From assembly GCA_046758365.1 (NCBI GenBank), contig JBHIAC010000010.1, forward strand, positions 1-43,830: a stretch of 43,830 nucleotides of DNA, written 5' to 3'. Position 1 is the stretch's first letter, and every line of letters begins with the position of its first letter. The notes beneath the pieces are model-generated. The model had not been told where the DNA came from. It searched no databases and saw nothing but the letters and a program-made list of their open reading frames with translations. Shown in pieces: positions 29,250 through 38,164 of the stretch. The DNA is from a bacterium. Lineage in GTDB: Bacteria; Zhuqueibacterota; Zhuqueibacteria; Oceanimicrobiales; Oceanimicrobiaceae. The translations under genes and the position numbers were made by a program.

Positions 29250-30115
29250 GTGAAGCAACTCACCCTATGGAAAATATTTTACGCATGGACCGGATGCCCC
29301 ATATTTGGTGTTCTGGCTGTGGCATTGGCACGGCGGTTACCGCCTTTGCGCTGGCCTTGGAAAAAGTTAAAATTCCGCTGGACAAAATTGCGGTCGTCTC
29401 TGGAATCGGCTGTTCTGGACGAATCGCTGGTTATATCAAATTAGATTCTTTTCATACAACTCATGGCCGCGCCATTCCTTTCGCCACCGGCCTTAAGTTA
29501 GCAAACCCGGAATTGAAAGTCGTTGTTTTCAGTGGCGATGGCGATCTCATTGCTATTGGTGGAAACCATTTTATTCACGCAGCCCGCAGAAATTTGGATA
29601 TTACAGTGCTCTGCATCAACAATTTTAACTATGCTATGACTGGCGGGCAATTAGCACCTACCACGCCGGTAACCGCCACGACCACGACTTCCCCATATGG
29701 ATGCTTTGAACATCCTTTTAATTTACCCTTTTTAGCCGAGGGAAGCGGCGCGGTGTATGTGGCTCGTTGGACCGCTCTCCATATCCGGCGACTAACCAAA
29801 TCGATGACGGAAGCTTTACAGAAAAAAGGCTTTTCTTTTGTGGAAATTATTGCACCATGTCCAACTCTGTATGCGCGAAGAAATAGACTGGGCGACGGAT
29901 TGGACGAGATGAAATATTATCATGAACATAGCGTAATTAAACATGGAGCGGACACCCGAGAATTGGATATTGATTTTCAAGGCCAAATCGTGGTCGGCAA
30001 GTTTGTTGACCGGGAAAAGCCGACGTTTATTGATTCTTTAAATAATCGCTTTGCGCAGGTTTTTGGAGATAAATATGAATTATATGGAAGGATATGCGAT
30101 GAGAACGGAAATTAA
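29246..30115 (+). CDS. korB: 2-oxoacid:ferredoxin oxidoreductase beta subunit (TPP-binding)
   Basis: WCSGCG, SGIGCS, HTTHGRA, GDGD...NN and PCP motifs. Confidence 0.93.
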   Translation: MSEATHPMENILRMDRMPHIWCSGCGIGTAVTAFALALEKVKIPLDKIAVVSGIGCSGRIAGYIKLDSFHTTHGRAIPFATGLKLANPELKVVVFSGDGDLIAIGGNHFIHAARRNLDITVLCINNFNYAMTGGQLAPTTPVTATTTTSPYGCFEHPFNLPFLAEGSGAVYVARWTALHIRRLTKSMTEALQKKGFSFVEIIAPCPTLYARRNRLGDGLDEMKYYHEHSVIKHGADTRELDIDFQGQIVVGKFVDREKPTFIDSLNNRFAQVFGDKYELYGRICDENGN

Positions 30116-30710
30116 ATTTTCAGGATTTGGCGGACAGGGGATCATCTTATCCGGTATTTTAGCGGGTAAGGCAGCATCCCTGTATGACAACAAGCACGCC
30201 ACCATGACCCAAAGTTTCGGCCCTGAAGCCAGAGGTAGTGCGTGTAGTGCCCAACTTGTGGTTTCGACCGAAAAGGTGTTTTACCCATACCTCACGAAAC
30301 CAAATATTTTAGTATCCCTGTCCCAGGATGCCTGCGACAAATTTCTGCCCGAGTTAACAGAAGATGGGATTTTGGTGGTGGATGAAGACTTGGTAAAAAT
30401 AAAGTCTGTAAGAGGAAATATAAAGAAATTCTCCATTCCTGCCACCCGTTTTGCTGAAGAGTTGGGAAAGAAAATGGTGGCCAATTTAGTAATGCTGGGC
30501 TTTTTCTCGGCTGTAACTGATGTGATAACACCAGAGGCTTTAAAAAAGGCCATTCCAGGCTCGGTGCCTGAACGATTTCTACAATTAAATATGAAGGCTT
30601 TTGAAAAGGGATATGAATACGGCATGGGAAAAATAAATATTTCTAACAAAGGTGCAAAGACCGCTAAAAAAAGTAGGCAGGCAGCAGTAGCGGTAGGCAA
30701 TAAAATGTAG
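30099..30710 (+). CDS. korC: 2-oxoacid:ferredoxin oxidoreductase gamma subunit
   Basis: MRTEIKFSGFGGQGII, QSFGPEARGS and NLVMLG motifs. ATG at 30099 preferred over the ORF-track start at 30051. Confidence 0.92.
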   Translation: MRTEIKFSGFGGQGIILSGILAGKAASLYDNKHATMTQSFGPEARGSACSAQLVVSTEKVFYPYLTKPNILVSLSQDACDKFLPELTEDGILVVDEDLVKIKSVRGNIKKFSIPATRFAEELGKKMVANLVMLGFFSAVTDVITPEALKKAIPGSVPERFLQLNMKAFEKGYEYGMGKINISNKGAKTAKKSRQAAVAVGNKM

Positions 30711-30739
30711 GTCAGATATGGTCGCAGACCTATCTGACA
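30706..30739 (+). repeat. GTAG-type REP-like element, copy 1
   Basis: TGTAGGTCAGATATGGTCGCAGACCTATCTGACA, a hairpin preceded by GTAG. 31/34 identical to the copy at 31204. Confidence 0.75.
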
Positions 30740-30779
30740 TTTGATTCTAATTCTTCAGAAATTCAAGGAGTGTTAGACC

Positions 30780-31169
30780 ATGGCTGACTTAAAAAATGAA
30801 ATTACCAAAATTGAACAAGACATGGCGGCAGCCTTCAATCGCAAAGATGTGGATAAAGTCCTTACTTTTTTCGAACCAGAACTGGTTGGATTTTCTTCCA
30901 CCACGCATAAAAGAATTCAGGGTCTGGATGAGCTTAGAAAAACATTTGAATATTATCTTGCAGAAGGTGAGAAGGTGGCGTATTCCATTTCAAATGTTTT
31001 GGTACAATTTTTTGCTAATATAGCTGTGGCCAGTTTTCACTGGGTGGTGACCATCAATGACGGTTCCCGCGTCCATGATATTCCCGGCCGCGGCACCCAT
31101 GTTTTTCAAAAAAAGAACAACCAGTGGCGTATTGTGCATGAGCATTTTTCAAGAGCGCATCATCATTAA
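30780..31169 (+). CDS. SnoaL/NTF2-like (DUF4440-type) protein
   Basis: AFNRKDVD..., RGTHVFQKKNNQWRIVHEHFS terminal motif. AAGGAG SD. Confidence 0.85.
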   Translation: MADLKNEITKIEQDMAAAFNRKDVDKVLTFFEPELVGFSSTTHKRIQGLDELRKTFEYYLAEGEKVAYSISNVLVQFFANIAVASFHWVVTINDGSRVHDIPGRGTHVFQKKNNQWRIVHEHFSRAHHH

Positions 31170-31203
31170 AGAAGTGGCCAGAGGGCAGTAGGCAGTTGGC
31201 AAT

Positions 31204-31237
31204 TGTAGGTCAGATATGGCCGTAGACCTATTTGACA
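31204..31237 (+). repeat. GTAG-type REP-like element, copy 2
   Basis: TGTAGGTCAGATATGGCCGTAGACCTATTTGACA. Confidence 0.75.
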
Positions 31238-31282
31238 CCTTAGGCTTTAGCAAAGAAAAATAATTCATGAGGAGAATTTTAA

Positions 31283-33610
31283 ATGCAAACAGGGCAATCG
31301 TATAGTCCTTTTAATAAAATTCTAAGTCAAAAGAAGGTATCCCTTGCTTTCAACGAGGAGGTAAACAAAGAATATGCCGTTGGCCAGATTGAGCCTTCTC
31401 CGTGTATGATCGCCTGTCCGGCCGGGGTGAACGTGAAAGCGTATGTTTCGCTCATTGCTTCCGGTCGGTTCAAAGAAGCTTTGGAGGTGGTGAGAGAGAG
31501 GAATCCTTTTCCAGGAATTTGTGGTCGTGTTTGCACCCACCCGTGTGAATCAACCTGCAATCGCATTAAGATTGATGCCCCGGTGGCTATTTGCTGGCTC
31601 AAACGGTTTGTGGCGGACTACGAGTTAAAGCATCCACCAGAGAAGTCCAAACCGCTTGCTCAAATCAGAAACGAGAAGGTAGCCATTATCGGTTCAGGGC
31701 CGGCGGGACTGACCGCAGCCCATGACCTAATTCGAAAAGGGTACGGGGTCTCCGTGTTTGAGGTTTTGCCTAAACCTGGTGGTATGCTCATAGCCGGAAT
31801 CCCCTCCTTTCGGTTGCCCCGATCCATCATTGAGTATGAGATTGAGTTCATTAAAAATTTAGGAGTTGAGATAAAGACCAATACGAAAATTGCAGGGAAA
31901 AGGGCCATTGATAAACTTTTTGAAGAAGGATTTAAAGCGGTTTTTATGGCTGTCGGGGCCCACAAGGGTAGAAAATTGGGTATTCCTGGGGAGGAGAAAT
32001 ACCAAGGCATCATTGATGGCATTTCCTTTTTGAGAGAGGTGAATCTTGGTCGTGCCAAAAAGCTGGGTAAAAAAGTGGCAGTCATTGGGGGTGGAAACTC
32101 TGCCATTGATGCCGCCCGAACAGTTCTTCGATTGGGCGGTGAAGTAGTCACCATCGTATATCGTCGCTCTAGGAAAGAGATGCCAGCCAATAAAGCGGAA
32201 ATTGAAGAGGCGGAATTCGAGGGCGCAAAGATTCACTACCTGGCAGCTCCTATTAAAATTTTAGGTGAACATGGTAAAGTTAAAGGGATGGTATGCACAA
32301 AAATGAAGTTGGGTGAGCCGGATGAGAGCGGACGCCGGCGGCCCATCCCCATTGAAGGCTCAAATTTTACCGTGGAAGCCGAAGCCATTATTGCGGCCAT
32401 CAGCCAAGAACCTGATCTGTCTTTTTTGCCCCTAAATCATGGATTGGAAATTTCCAAATGGCACACCTTTGTGGTGGATGAATCGACGTTAGTGACCTCT
32501 CGTCCTGGCATCTTTGCTGGAGGAGATGCCGTTACTGGCCCTAATACTATCATCGACGCCATTGCCGCAGGGCATCTGGCTGCTCAGTCCATCGACCACT
32601 ATCTTAAAGATGAGCCACTAAAGCAGAAATTGGTTCAGGACCGATCCTTGGAAACGGAAATCAAAATTGATCTAAACAAACATAAAAAGAAAAAACGAGA
32701 AGAGATGCCTATACTTGCACTTCCCAATAGAATTAAGAGTTTTGAAGAAGTGGCCTTAGGGTTTAGCGAAACCGCGGCCATAAAAGAGGCTCAACGGTGT
32801 CTTCGATGTGGGCCGTGCAGCGAGTGTTTTCTATGTGTTTCTGAATGTGATAAGGTAGTGACCGTTCTTTCGCCAACCAGCCGACAGGAAGAGATTCTAC
32901 TCAGACTGCCTTCAGAATTCAATAAAATAAATTTGAATTCGACCCCATGGGAAGGCTTACTGCGCTCTGGAAGAAAACGCAAAATGTCTGTTCAAATGAC
33001 ACCTGTAACCTGTTATGTTAAAGAAGAAGTCTGTCGTGGCTGTGGGGATTGCGTCACGATTTGTGAATATTCAGCGCCAAGGCTGATCCCCAAAGGTAAT
33101 GGGTTTTATGTGGCCAATATCAATGAAACCATTTGCAAAGGATGTGGCACTTGTGTGGCTATTTGTCCATCCAGTGCCATTGTACCCAGATATTTTACCC
33201 AGGATTGGTTGGCAGATAAATTGCAAGTTATGGATCCGATAAAGAAAAATGTTGTGGTATTTACCTGTAATTGGTACGGCTCTCATCTAGATCGTTCTAT
33301 CTTAACTAACGTTTCTCAAAATGATTTAAATATTTTATTCGTTCAAACTGCGTGCTCTGGCCGGATAGACCCATCGTTTATTTTAAGGGCGTTTGAATTT
33401 GGTGCCCAAGGCGTGTTAGTGGTGGGTTGTCCAATGAACAAATGTCACTATGGTTTTGGAAATAAACACGCGGAAGAGCACTTTGGCAAGGTTCGAAATA
33501 TGCTGAGCCTACTCGGATTCTCTACTGAAAAATTTCAATGGGTTTGGCCACAAAGGGGACAAGCTTCGGAGTTTAAGGAAGCGGTTGATGCAGATAAATA
33601 TATACCTTAA
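31283..33610 (+). CDS. GltD/NfnB-like FAD/NAD(P) oxidoreductase fused to a 2x[4Fe-4S] domain and an MvhD/FlpD-like domain (Hdr-associated)
   Basis: PCMIACPAG, CGRVCTHPCESTC, IIGSGPAGL, VIGGGNSAID, YRRS, FAGGD and EAQRCLRC motifs. Then CRGCGDCVTIC and CKGCGTCVAICP. C-terminal FTCNW, CSGRID and GCPMNKCHY. Confidence 0.88.
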   Translation: MQTGQSYSPFNKILSQKKVSLAFNEEVNKEYAVGQIEPSPCMIACPAGVNVKAYVSLIASGRFKEALEVVRERNPFPGICGRVCTHPCESTCNRIKIDAPVAICWLKRFVADYELKHPPEKSKPLAQIRNEKVAIIGSGPAGLTAAHDLIRKGYGVSVFEVLPKPGGMLIAGIPSFRLPRSIIEYEIEFIKNLGVEIKTNTKIAGKRAIDKLFEEGFKAVFMAVGAHKGRKLGIPGEEKYQGIIDGISFLREVNLGRAKKLGKKVAVIGGGNSAIDAARTVLRLGGEVVTIVYRRSRKEMPANKAEIEEAEFEGAKIHYLAAPIKILGEHGKVKGMVCTKMKLGEPDESGRRRPIPIEGSNFTVEAEAIIAAISQEPDLSFLPLNHGLEISKWHTFVVDESTLVTSRPGIFAGGDAVTGPNTIIDAIAAGHLAAQSIDHYLKDEPLKQKLVQDRSLETEIKIDLNKHKKKKREEMPILALPNRIKSFEEVALGFSETAAIKEAQRCLRCGPCSECFLCVSECDKVVTVLSPTSRQEEILLRLPSEFNKINLNSTPWEGLLRSGRKRKMSVQMTPVTCYVKEEVCRGCGDCVTICEYSAPRLIPKGNGFYVANINETICKGCGTCVAICPSSAIVPRYFTQDWLADKLQVMDPIKKNVVVFTCNWYGSHLDRSILTNVSQNDLNILFVQTACSGRIDPSFILRAFEFGAQGVLVVGCPMNKCHYGFGNKHAEEHFGKVRNMLSLLGFSTEKFQWVWPQRGQASEFKEAVDADKYIP

Positions 33611-33634
33611 ATAAAACTTAAGGAGGTGAGAAAG

Positions 33635-34483
33635 ACGAGGATCGAAGAAATCAAGCAGGTGGTTAGGAGTCGATACGGCAGATTCGCCGAGACCGGTGGC
33701 CACCAGGAGCCCTGTTGACCCAGTAAAAGCAAGCCTGGTTCGGGCTATGCGGTGAAGCAGGGACTTTATGGCCAAGTGGAACTTTCTGTGCTTCCAGAGC
33801 TTGCTTTGAACCTTTCGCGAGGTTGCGGCAATCCCACGGGTTTCGCCAACCTTCAACCCAGTGCTGTTGTTGTGGATTTTGGCTGTGGAGGTGGTATCGA
33901 CGTCATTCTGGCGGCTCACAAGGTTGGACCGCAAGGGAGAGTAGTCGGAATAGATTTTGCAAATCAAATGATCGAGCGGGCCAAGCAGACTGTGGCTGAT
34001 GCACACTTGCAAGACAGGAACATCGATCTCCGCGTCGCTGATATGGAGAACACGCTGCTTCCAGACGACTTCGCGGATGTCGTGATCTCCAACTGTGTAA
34101 TCAACCTATGTCCTGACAAAGAGGCGGTATATAAAGAAGCCTTTCGTATTCTGAGACCAGGTGGGCATCTCGCCATTTCTGATATTGTTCTGACCGAGAA
34201 CATCGATCCTGAGTTACAAGAGCGCTTCCAAGCAACTTGGGCAGGATGTTTGGGAGGGGCTATTCCTGAAGAAGAATACTTTCAGAAGGTGAGGAAAGCA
34301 GGCTTTTCTGAGGTTCAGATTGTGGCCCATCACCTCCTAACGCCGGAGGAATTGGAAGCCATGGCCTGTTGTCCTGGCGAAGGGTTCACCCCACCACCTA
34401 GCAAGAAAGACCGTGTTCTTGTGGAAGGCAAAGTGACCAGTGTGAAGTTCATTGCGGGTAAGCCGCCTCAATTTAACCTTTAA
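33635..34483 (+). CDS. Selenocysteine-containing ArsM-like SAM-dependent methyltransferase (UGA at 33716-33718)
   Basis: The frame upstream of the 33752 ORF reads (T/M)RIEEIKQVVRSRYGRFAETGGHQEPC-UGA-PSKSKPGSGYAVKQGLY. ArsM motifs GCGNP, DFGCGGGID, ISNCVINL and WAGCLGGA follow. A SECIS-like hairpin lies after the UGA. Start uncertain: ACG at 33635 after SD AGGAGGTG, or GTG at 33626. Confidence 0.8.
33729..33750 (+). promoter_or_regulatory. Candidate bacterial SECIS element of the ArsM-like gene
   Basis: GCAAGCCU-GGUUC-GGGCU(A)UGC stem-loop with a bulged A. The G-starting apical loop lies 18 nt after the UGA. Confidence 0.6.
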
Positions 34484-34502
34484 CAAGCATTAGGAGGAAA
34501 AG

Positions 34503-34772
34503 ATGAAACTCAATATGAAAGCTTTAGTCTTAACTGCAGGCATCCTCTGGGGTGCGGCAGTTTTTCTTACGGGGATTGCGAACCTGATTTGGTCTGGATA
34601 TGGTACCACATTTTTGCAGAGCGTAGCTTCAGTCTATCCCGGCTATCATGCCACTAGCTCATTTGGCGACCTAATCGTAGGAACCCTCTATGCTTTGGTC
34701 GATGGGGCTGTGGCAGGTTTGGTTTTCAGTTGGCTTTATAATTTGTTTGCTGGTAAGAGCACCACGGAATAG
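34503..34772 (+). CDS. Small two-TM membrane protein
   Basis: Two hydrophobic helices separated by SVYPGY, ending WLYNLF. AGGAGG SD. Confidence 0.8.
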   Translation: MKLNMKALVLTAGILWGAAVFLTGIANLIWSGYGTTFLQSVASVYPGYHATSSFGDLIVGTLYALVDGAVAGLVFSWLYNLFAGKSTTE

Positions 34773-34827
34773 AATACTGTTAAAGTTTAGCTATCAAACT
34801 TAGTTGTTTTTTATCAAGGAGTAACCC

Positions 34828-35235
34828 ATGCAAAAATACCTTGAAGCCATTCGCCGCCGGGTGTGCTCGGTGTGCATCGATGGGATTTTTGAGAATGGAC
34901 ACAAATTTGTTCGCTGCGGGCTGCCAGCCGATCGGACTTGCCACATTGAACTTTACCTCCCTCAAGTAATCGAAGTGGTGGAGTCTCTCGATAGCCCACG
35001 CATGGACGACTACATTGCATTATTAAATGAAAAAGTATGTGCGATGTGTGAGAACTCAGAAGAAGGCTATTGCGCTTTAAGGCTCAAAGCTGATTGTGCC
35101 CTGGATCGCTACTTTATGCTGGTGGCTGAGGCGATTGAGGAAGTGCAAAGGCCGCGGCGAAATCTGTCCAAAAATAATTCAGATGATTCGTTAAATAAAC
35201 ATTCGAATGATTGGTTCATGCCAACTCCTTGGTGA
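34828..35235 (+). CDS. Cys-rich hypothetical protein
   Basis: Internal repeat VCSVC / VCAMC with further Cys residues (C-G-L, C-H-I, C-A-L, C-A-L-D-R-Y). AAGGAG SD. Confidence 0.75.
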   Translation: MQKYLEAIRRRVCSVCIDGIFENGHKFVRCGLPADRTCHIELYLPQVIEVVESLDSPRMDDYIALLNEKVCAMCENSEEGYCALRLKADCALDRYFMLVAEAIEEVQRPRRNLSKNNSDDSLNKHSNDWFMPTPW

Positions 35236-35335
35236 CGCAGCAGTTACGCTCGGTGGTGCGCCGCGGGTATGATATGTTCCCGATAGCGAGAATCCTAATC
35301 GGTGTGTAGAATTAATTGACCAATAGTGCATTACT

Positions 35336-36628
35336 ATGATATTACAAAAGTTCAGCGTTTTTCTTAACTGTATTGCTTTCCTTTTATTTACTTTTATTTT
35401 TGTAATTTTTTTACCAGCACAGGAAATCGAGTTGAAGCAGAAAGCTGTCAATGAATTCGAAAACAAAAACTACCCGGAAGCCATTACACTGCTCAAGCAA
35501 GCCGTAGTTGAAAATCCCAATGATGCAGAAATCTATTATTATCTTGGTTATTTTACCCATTATCTGTGCTATGACTCTGTACCACTCACGGGCTTCAGCA
35601 TAGAAAAATCTGATGAGATATTAGAATACTTACAAAAAGCTATTGAACTCAACCCCAAAAACGGCAACGCTTACTACTTTATTGGGGCTGAATATGGAGC
35701 GCGTTTTTCCAATGCTATGAGAAAAGGCGACATGGAGAGAATGCGTGTAGAGATGCAGGCTGGGCGGGAAAAAGGTGGTTATCCTGATTGGCTGATTGAG
35801 TACGGACAGAATATGTTGAGATCATGTGAGTCGAATGCCATTTTGTTTACTGGGGGTGACGCGGATGCTAATGCTGTTTGGTACCTTCAATTTGCTGAAA
35901 ATTATCGTAGAGACATAACGGCTATGCCAGTCGCTCTATTGAATAGACCATGGTTCGTTCTAGTACTCAAGCTTGGACTTGGAGACAATTTAATTGCTGC
36001 GCCCATCAGTTGGAGCGAGGAACAAATACTCGATATGCATCCTTACAAGTGGAAAACCAACAAGTTAGAAGTTTCTGTCCCTCCTAGTGAGCTGACAAAA
36101 TATGATGTTTCACTCCCGCAGAATGTAATGACATGGGAGCTGAAGTCGGATTTGTCGCGAGGTTCACAGGAACTTTTGAGCCCTGCACGAGCTCTTATTG
36201 CGAATATTGTAAAAACCAATCAATGGCAAAGACCTATTTATTTTTCCGTGGCTTGTCCAAAAGCAAAAATGGCAGATCTAGACAATCATTTACAATTATG
36301 TGGCTTAGTCTATAAACTCCTTCCTGTTGAAACAAAAGAAAATGCTCTGGCTCTTGATCCTGAAACCATTGAAACCGTTCTCTTGCAGCCTGACCACTAT
36401 CGGGATTTTGGTACTGTAAAGGAAAAAGATATGCCACGCGCTTCTGTCATATTGAACAACTATCGTGCTGTATTAACATCCTTAGCTAAGTACTACATTG
36501 ATTCTGGCAAAAAAAGTAAAGTGAAAGGGGTATTGGACAAAATGGAAGCTTATTTGCCTGAAGCCGTTTTCCCATTTCATGCAGGATTCAATCAAGCAAT
36601 TGAAACATTACGCAGTCAACTGGAATAA
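35336..36628 (+). CDS. Exported TPR-containing protein
   Basis: Signal-peptide-like N-terminus and TPR motifs (AVVENPNDAEIYYYLG, KAIELNPKNGNAYYFIG). C-terminal region contains NAILFTGGD and RPIYFS. Confidence 0.8.
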   Translation: MILQKFSVFLNCIAFLLFTFIFVIFLPAQEIELKQKAVNEFENKNYPEAITLLKQAVVENPNDAEIYYYLGYFTHYLCYDSVPLTGFSIEKSDEILEYLQKAIELNPKNGNAYYFIGAEYGARFSNAMRKGDMERMRVEMQAGREKGGYPDWLIEYGQNMLRSCESNAILFTGGDADANAVWYLQFAENYRRDITAMPVALLNRPWFVLVLKLGLGDNLIAAPISWSEEQILDMHPYKWKTNKLEVSVPPSELTKYDVSLPQNVMTWELKSDLSRGSQELLSPARALIANIVKTNQWQRPIYFSVACPKAKMADLDNHLQLCGLVYKLLPVETKENALALDPETIETVLLQPDHYRDFGTVKEKDMPRASVILNNYRAVLTSLAKYYIDSGKKSKVKGVLDKMEAYLPEAVFPFHAGFNQAIETLRSQLE

Positions 36629-36654
36629 GGAGAAATTTAGAATAATAAAAAATG

Positions 36655-36797
36655 AGTATGCTGCAAAAAGCTGACCTTCTCTTTATTTTTATCAAAATAT
36701 TGGTTTTCATAACGGTATGTAACTCTTTAATAACCAAAGCTCTTTTCCTCAATTAAGTAGGTTAGCTTTTGGATCAATCACCTTTTTGCAGTACACT
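36655..36797. mobile_element. MITE-like element (143 bp) bounded by 16-bp imperfect terminal inverted repeats
   Basis: Left end AGTATGCTGCAAAAAG. Reverse complement of the right end is AGTGTACTGCAAAAAG (14/16 match). No ORF inside. Confidence 0.5.
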
Positions 36798-36822
36798 AAA
36801 AAATTTAGACTATTATTTTTAG

Positions 36823-37980
36823 GTGTTTAAAATGATAGAAATTGCAAATACCATTAAAAAAACCAACGCGTTTTACTGTCTTGAGTGTGGCAAGTGCACC
36901 GCTTCCTGTCCCATTGCTCTGGTGAATGACAGCTATTCGCCAAGGAGTATCGTGGCGCATACCCTGCAACGTTCCAAAAATGAGGTGCTAAAAGACCCTA
37001 TGCTATGGGCCTGCTTGACTTGCAAAAATTGTGAAGCTGGCTGCCCTGCGGATGTGGATTATACCAGGCTCACCTTAGATTTACGAACCCAAGCGAAGGA
37101 ATACGGTCAACAAGGCCTATGCACCCACGGCGGTGCGCTGCAGTCGCTCATGCGCATTATGACGACTGCGGATTTGAATCAGAACAGATTGGATTGGGTG
37201 AACGAAGATTTAAAGATTGCGGAAAAAGGTGAGGTGCTCTATTTCGTTGGTTGTGCGCCTTATTTTGACGTCTTCTTTTCCGATTTGGAAGTCAGTACCC
37301 TCGAGGCGGCAGAAAGCGTGATTAAATTGCTGAATGCGGTTGGGATCGAGCCGGTATTAATGACAAATGAACGCTGTTGTGGACATGACCTGCTCTGGAG
37401 CGGAGATCAAGAGAATTTCTTGAAACTGGCCGAATACAATTTAGAAGCCATTAAAAAGACTGGAGTGAAACAGGTGGTCTTTTCCTGTCCAGAGTGTTAT
37501 CGAACTATAAAAGAAGATTATGCGGCTCATTTCGGCAGTTTAGGATTTGAATCCCTACACATTACTGAAATCCTGGCCGACAAAATTAATTCAAGGGAAA
37601 TTCTGTATCCTACTGACAGCCGGGAAGAGAAAGTGACTTATCAGGATCCGTGCCGGCTTGGACGTCATTTAGGGATTTTTGAAGCTCCTCGTAAAGTGAT
37701 GAACTCCGTGCCGGGCGTTGAACTCAACGAAATGAGGAAAAGCAGCAAGAAGGCTGTTTGCTGCGGGGTGAGCAACTGGATGAACTGCACAACCTATTCC
37801 AAACAAATTCAGGTACAGCGTTTAAAACAGGCTAAAGCAACAGGAGCTGAGACCCTGATTACGGCCTGTCCCAAATGCGAAATTCACCTCAAGTGCGCGA
37901 TGAAGGACCCAAATTTGGGGGATGAAATTAAAATGAAAATTAAGGATGTGGCCACGCTGGCAGCAGAGGCGTTGGTGTAA
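36823..37980 (+). CDS. HdrD/GlpC-like Fe-S protein (2x[4Fe-4S] plus two CCG domains)
   Basis: CLECGKCTASCP, CLTCKNCEAGCP, YFVGC, RCCG, SCPEC, YQDPCRLGR, VCCG and TACPKC motifs. Confidence 0.9.
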   Translation: MFKMIEIANTIKKTNAFYCLECGKCTASCPIALVNDSYSPRSIVAHTLQRSKNEVLKDPMLWACLTCKNCEAGCPADVDYTRLTLDLRTQAKEYGQQGLCTHGGALQSLMRIMTTADLNQNRLDWVNEDLKIAEKGEVLYFVGCAPYFDVFFSDLEVSTLEAAESVIKLLNAVGIEPVLMTNERCCGHDLLWSGDQENFLKLAEYNLEAIKKTGVKQVVFSCPECYRTIKEDYAAHFGSLGFESLHITEILADKINSREILYPTDSREEKVTYQDPCRLGRHLGIFEAPRKVMNSVPGVELNEMRKSSKKAVCCGVSNWMNCTTYSKQIQVQRLKQAKATGAETLITACPKCEIHLKCAMKDPNLGDEIKMKIKDVATLAAEALV

Positions 37981-37994
37981 GCTTCATGGAACAG

Positions 37995-38132
37995 TGGATT
38001 ATTGGATCGTTGGATTAATGGAAAACCCGGAGAATAAGCGGTTCATTAATCTACTAATCCAAAAATCCAGGTTTCTCGTGGTAGGTATTATGCATGGCGG
38101 AATGTCACTATTTACTATTCACTCTTCACTAA
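37995..38132. repeat. Short-period degenerate tandem repeats forming an inverted pair, plus a heptamer run
   Basis: 8-mers TGGATTAT/TGGATCGT/TGGATTAA/TGGA (37995-38022) face TTCATTAA/TCTACTAA/TCCAAAAA/TCCA (38042-38069). 7-mers TCACTAT/TTACTAT/TCACTCT/TCACTAA at 38105-38132. Confidence 0.65.
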
Positions 38133-38164
38133 AAAACTTTAATTCATAATTGGAGGCGCTTTAA

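Noticed and set aside
30706..31237. CRISPR array
   Set aside because: Only two repeat copies, separated by about 460 bp containing a gene, and no cas genes.
34503..34772. Prophage holin
   Set aside because: A small 2-TM protein of this kind may be auto-labelled holin, but there are no endolysin or other phage genes in the window.
35233..35235. Sec read-through at the TGA ending the Cys-rich ORF
   Set aside because: No Cys-motif context, no convincing SECIS hairpin, and the extension is short and unrecognisable.
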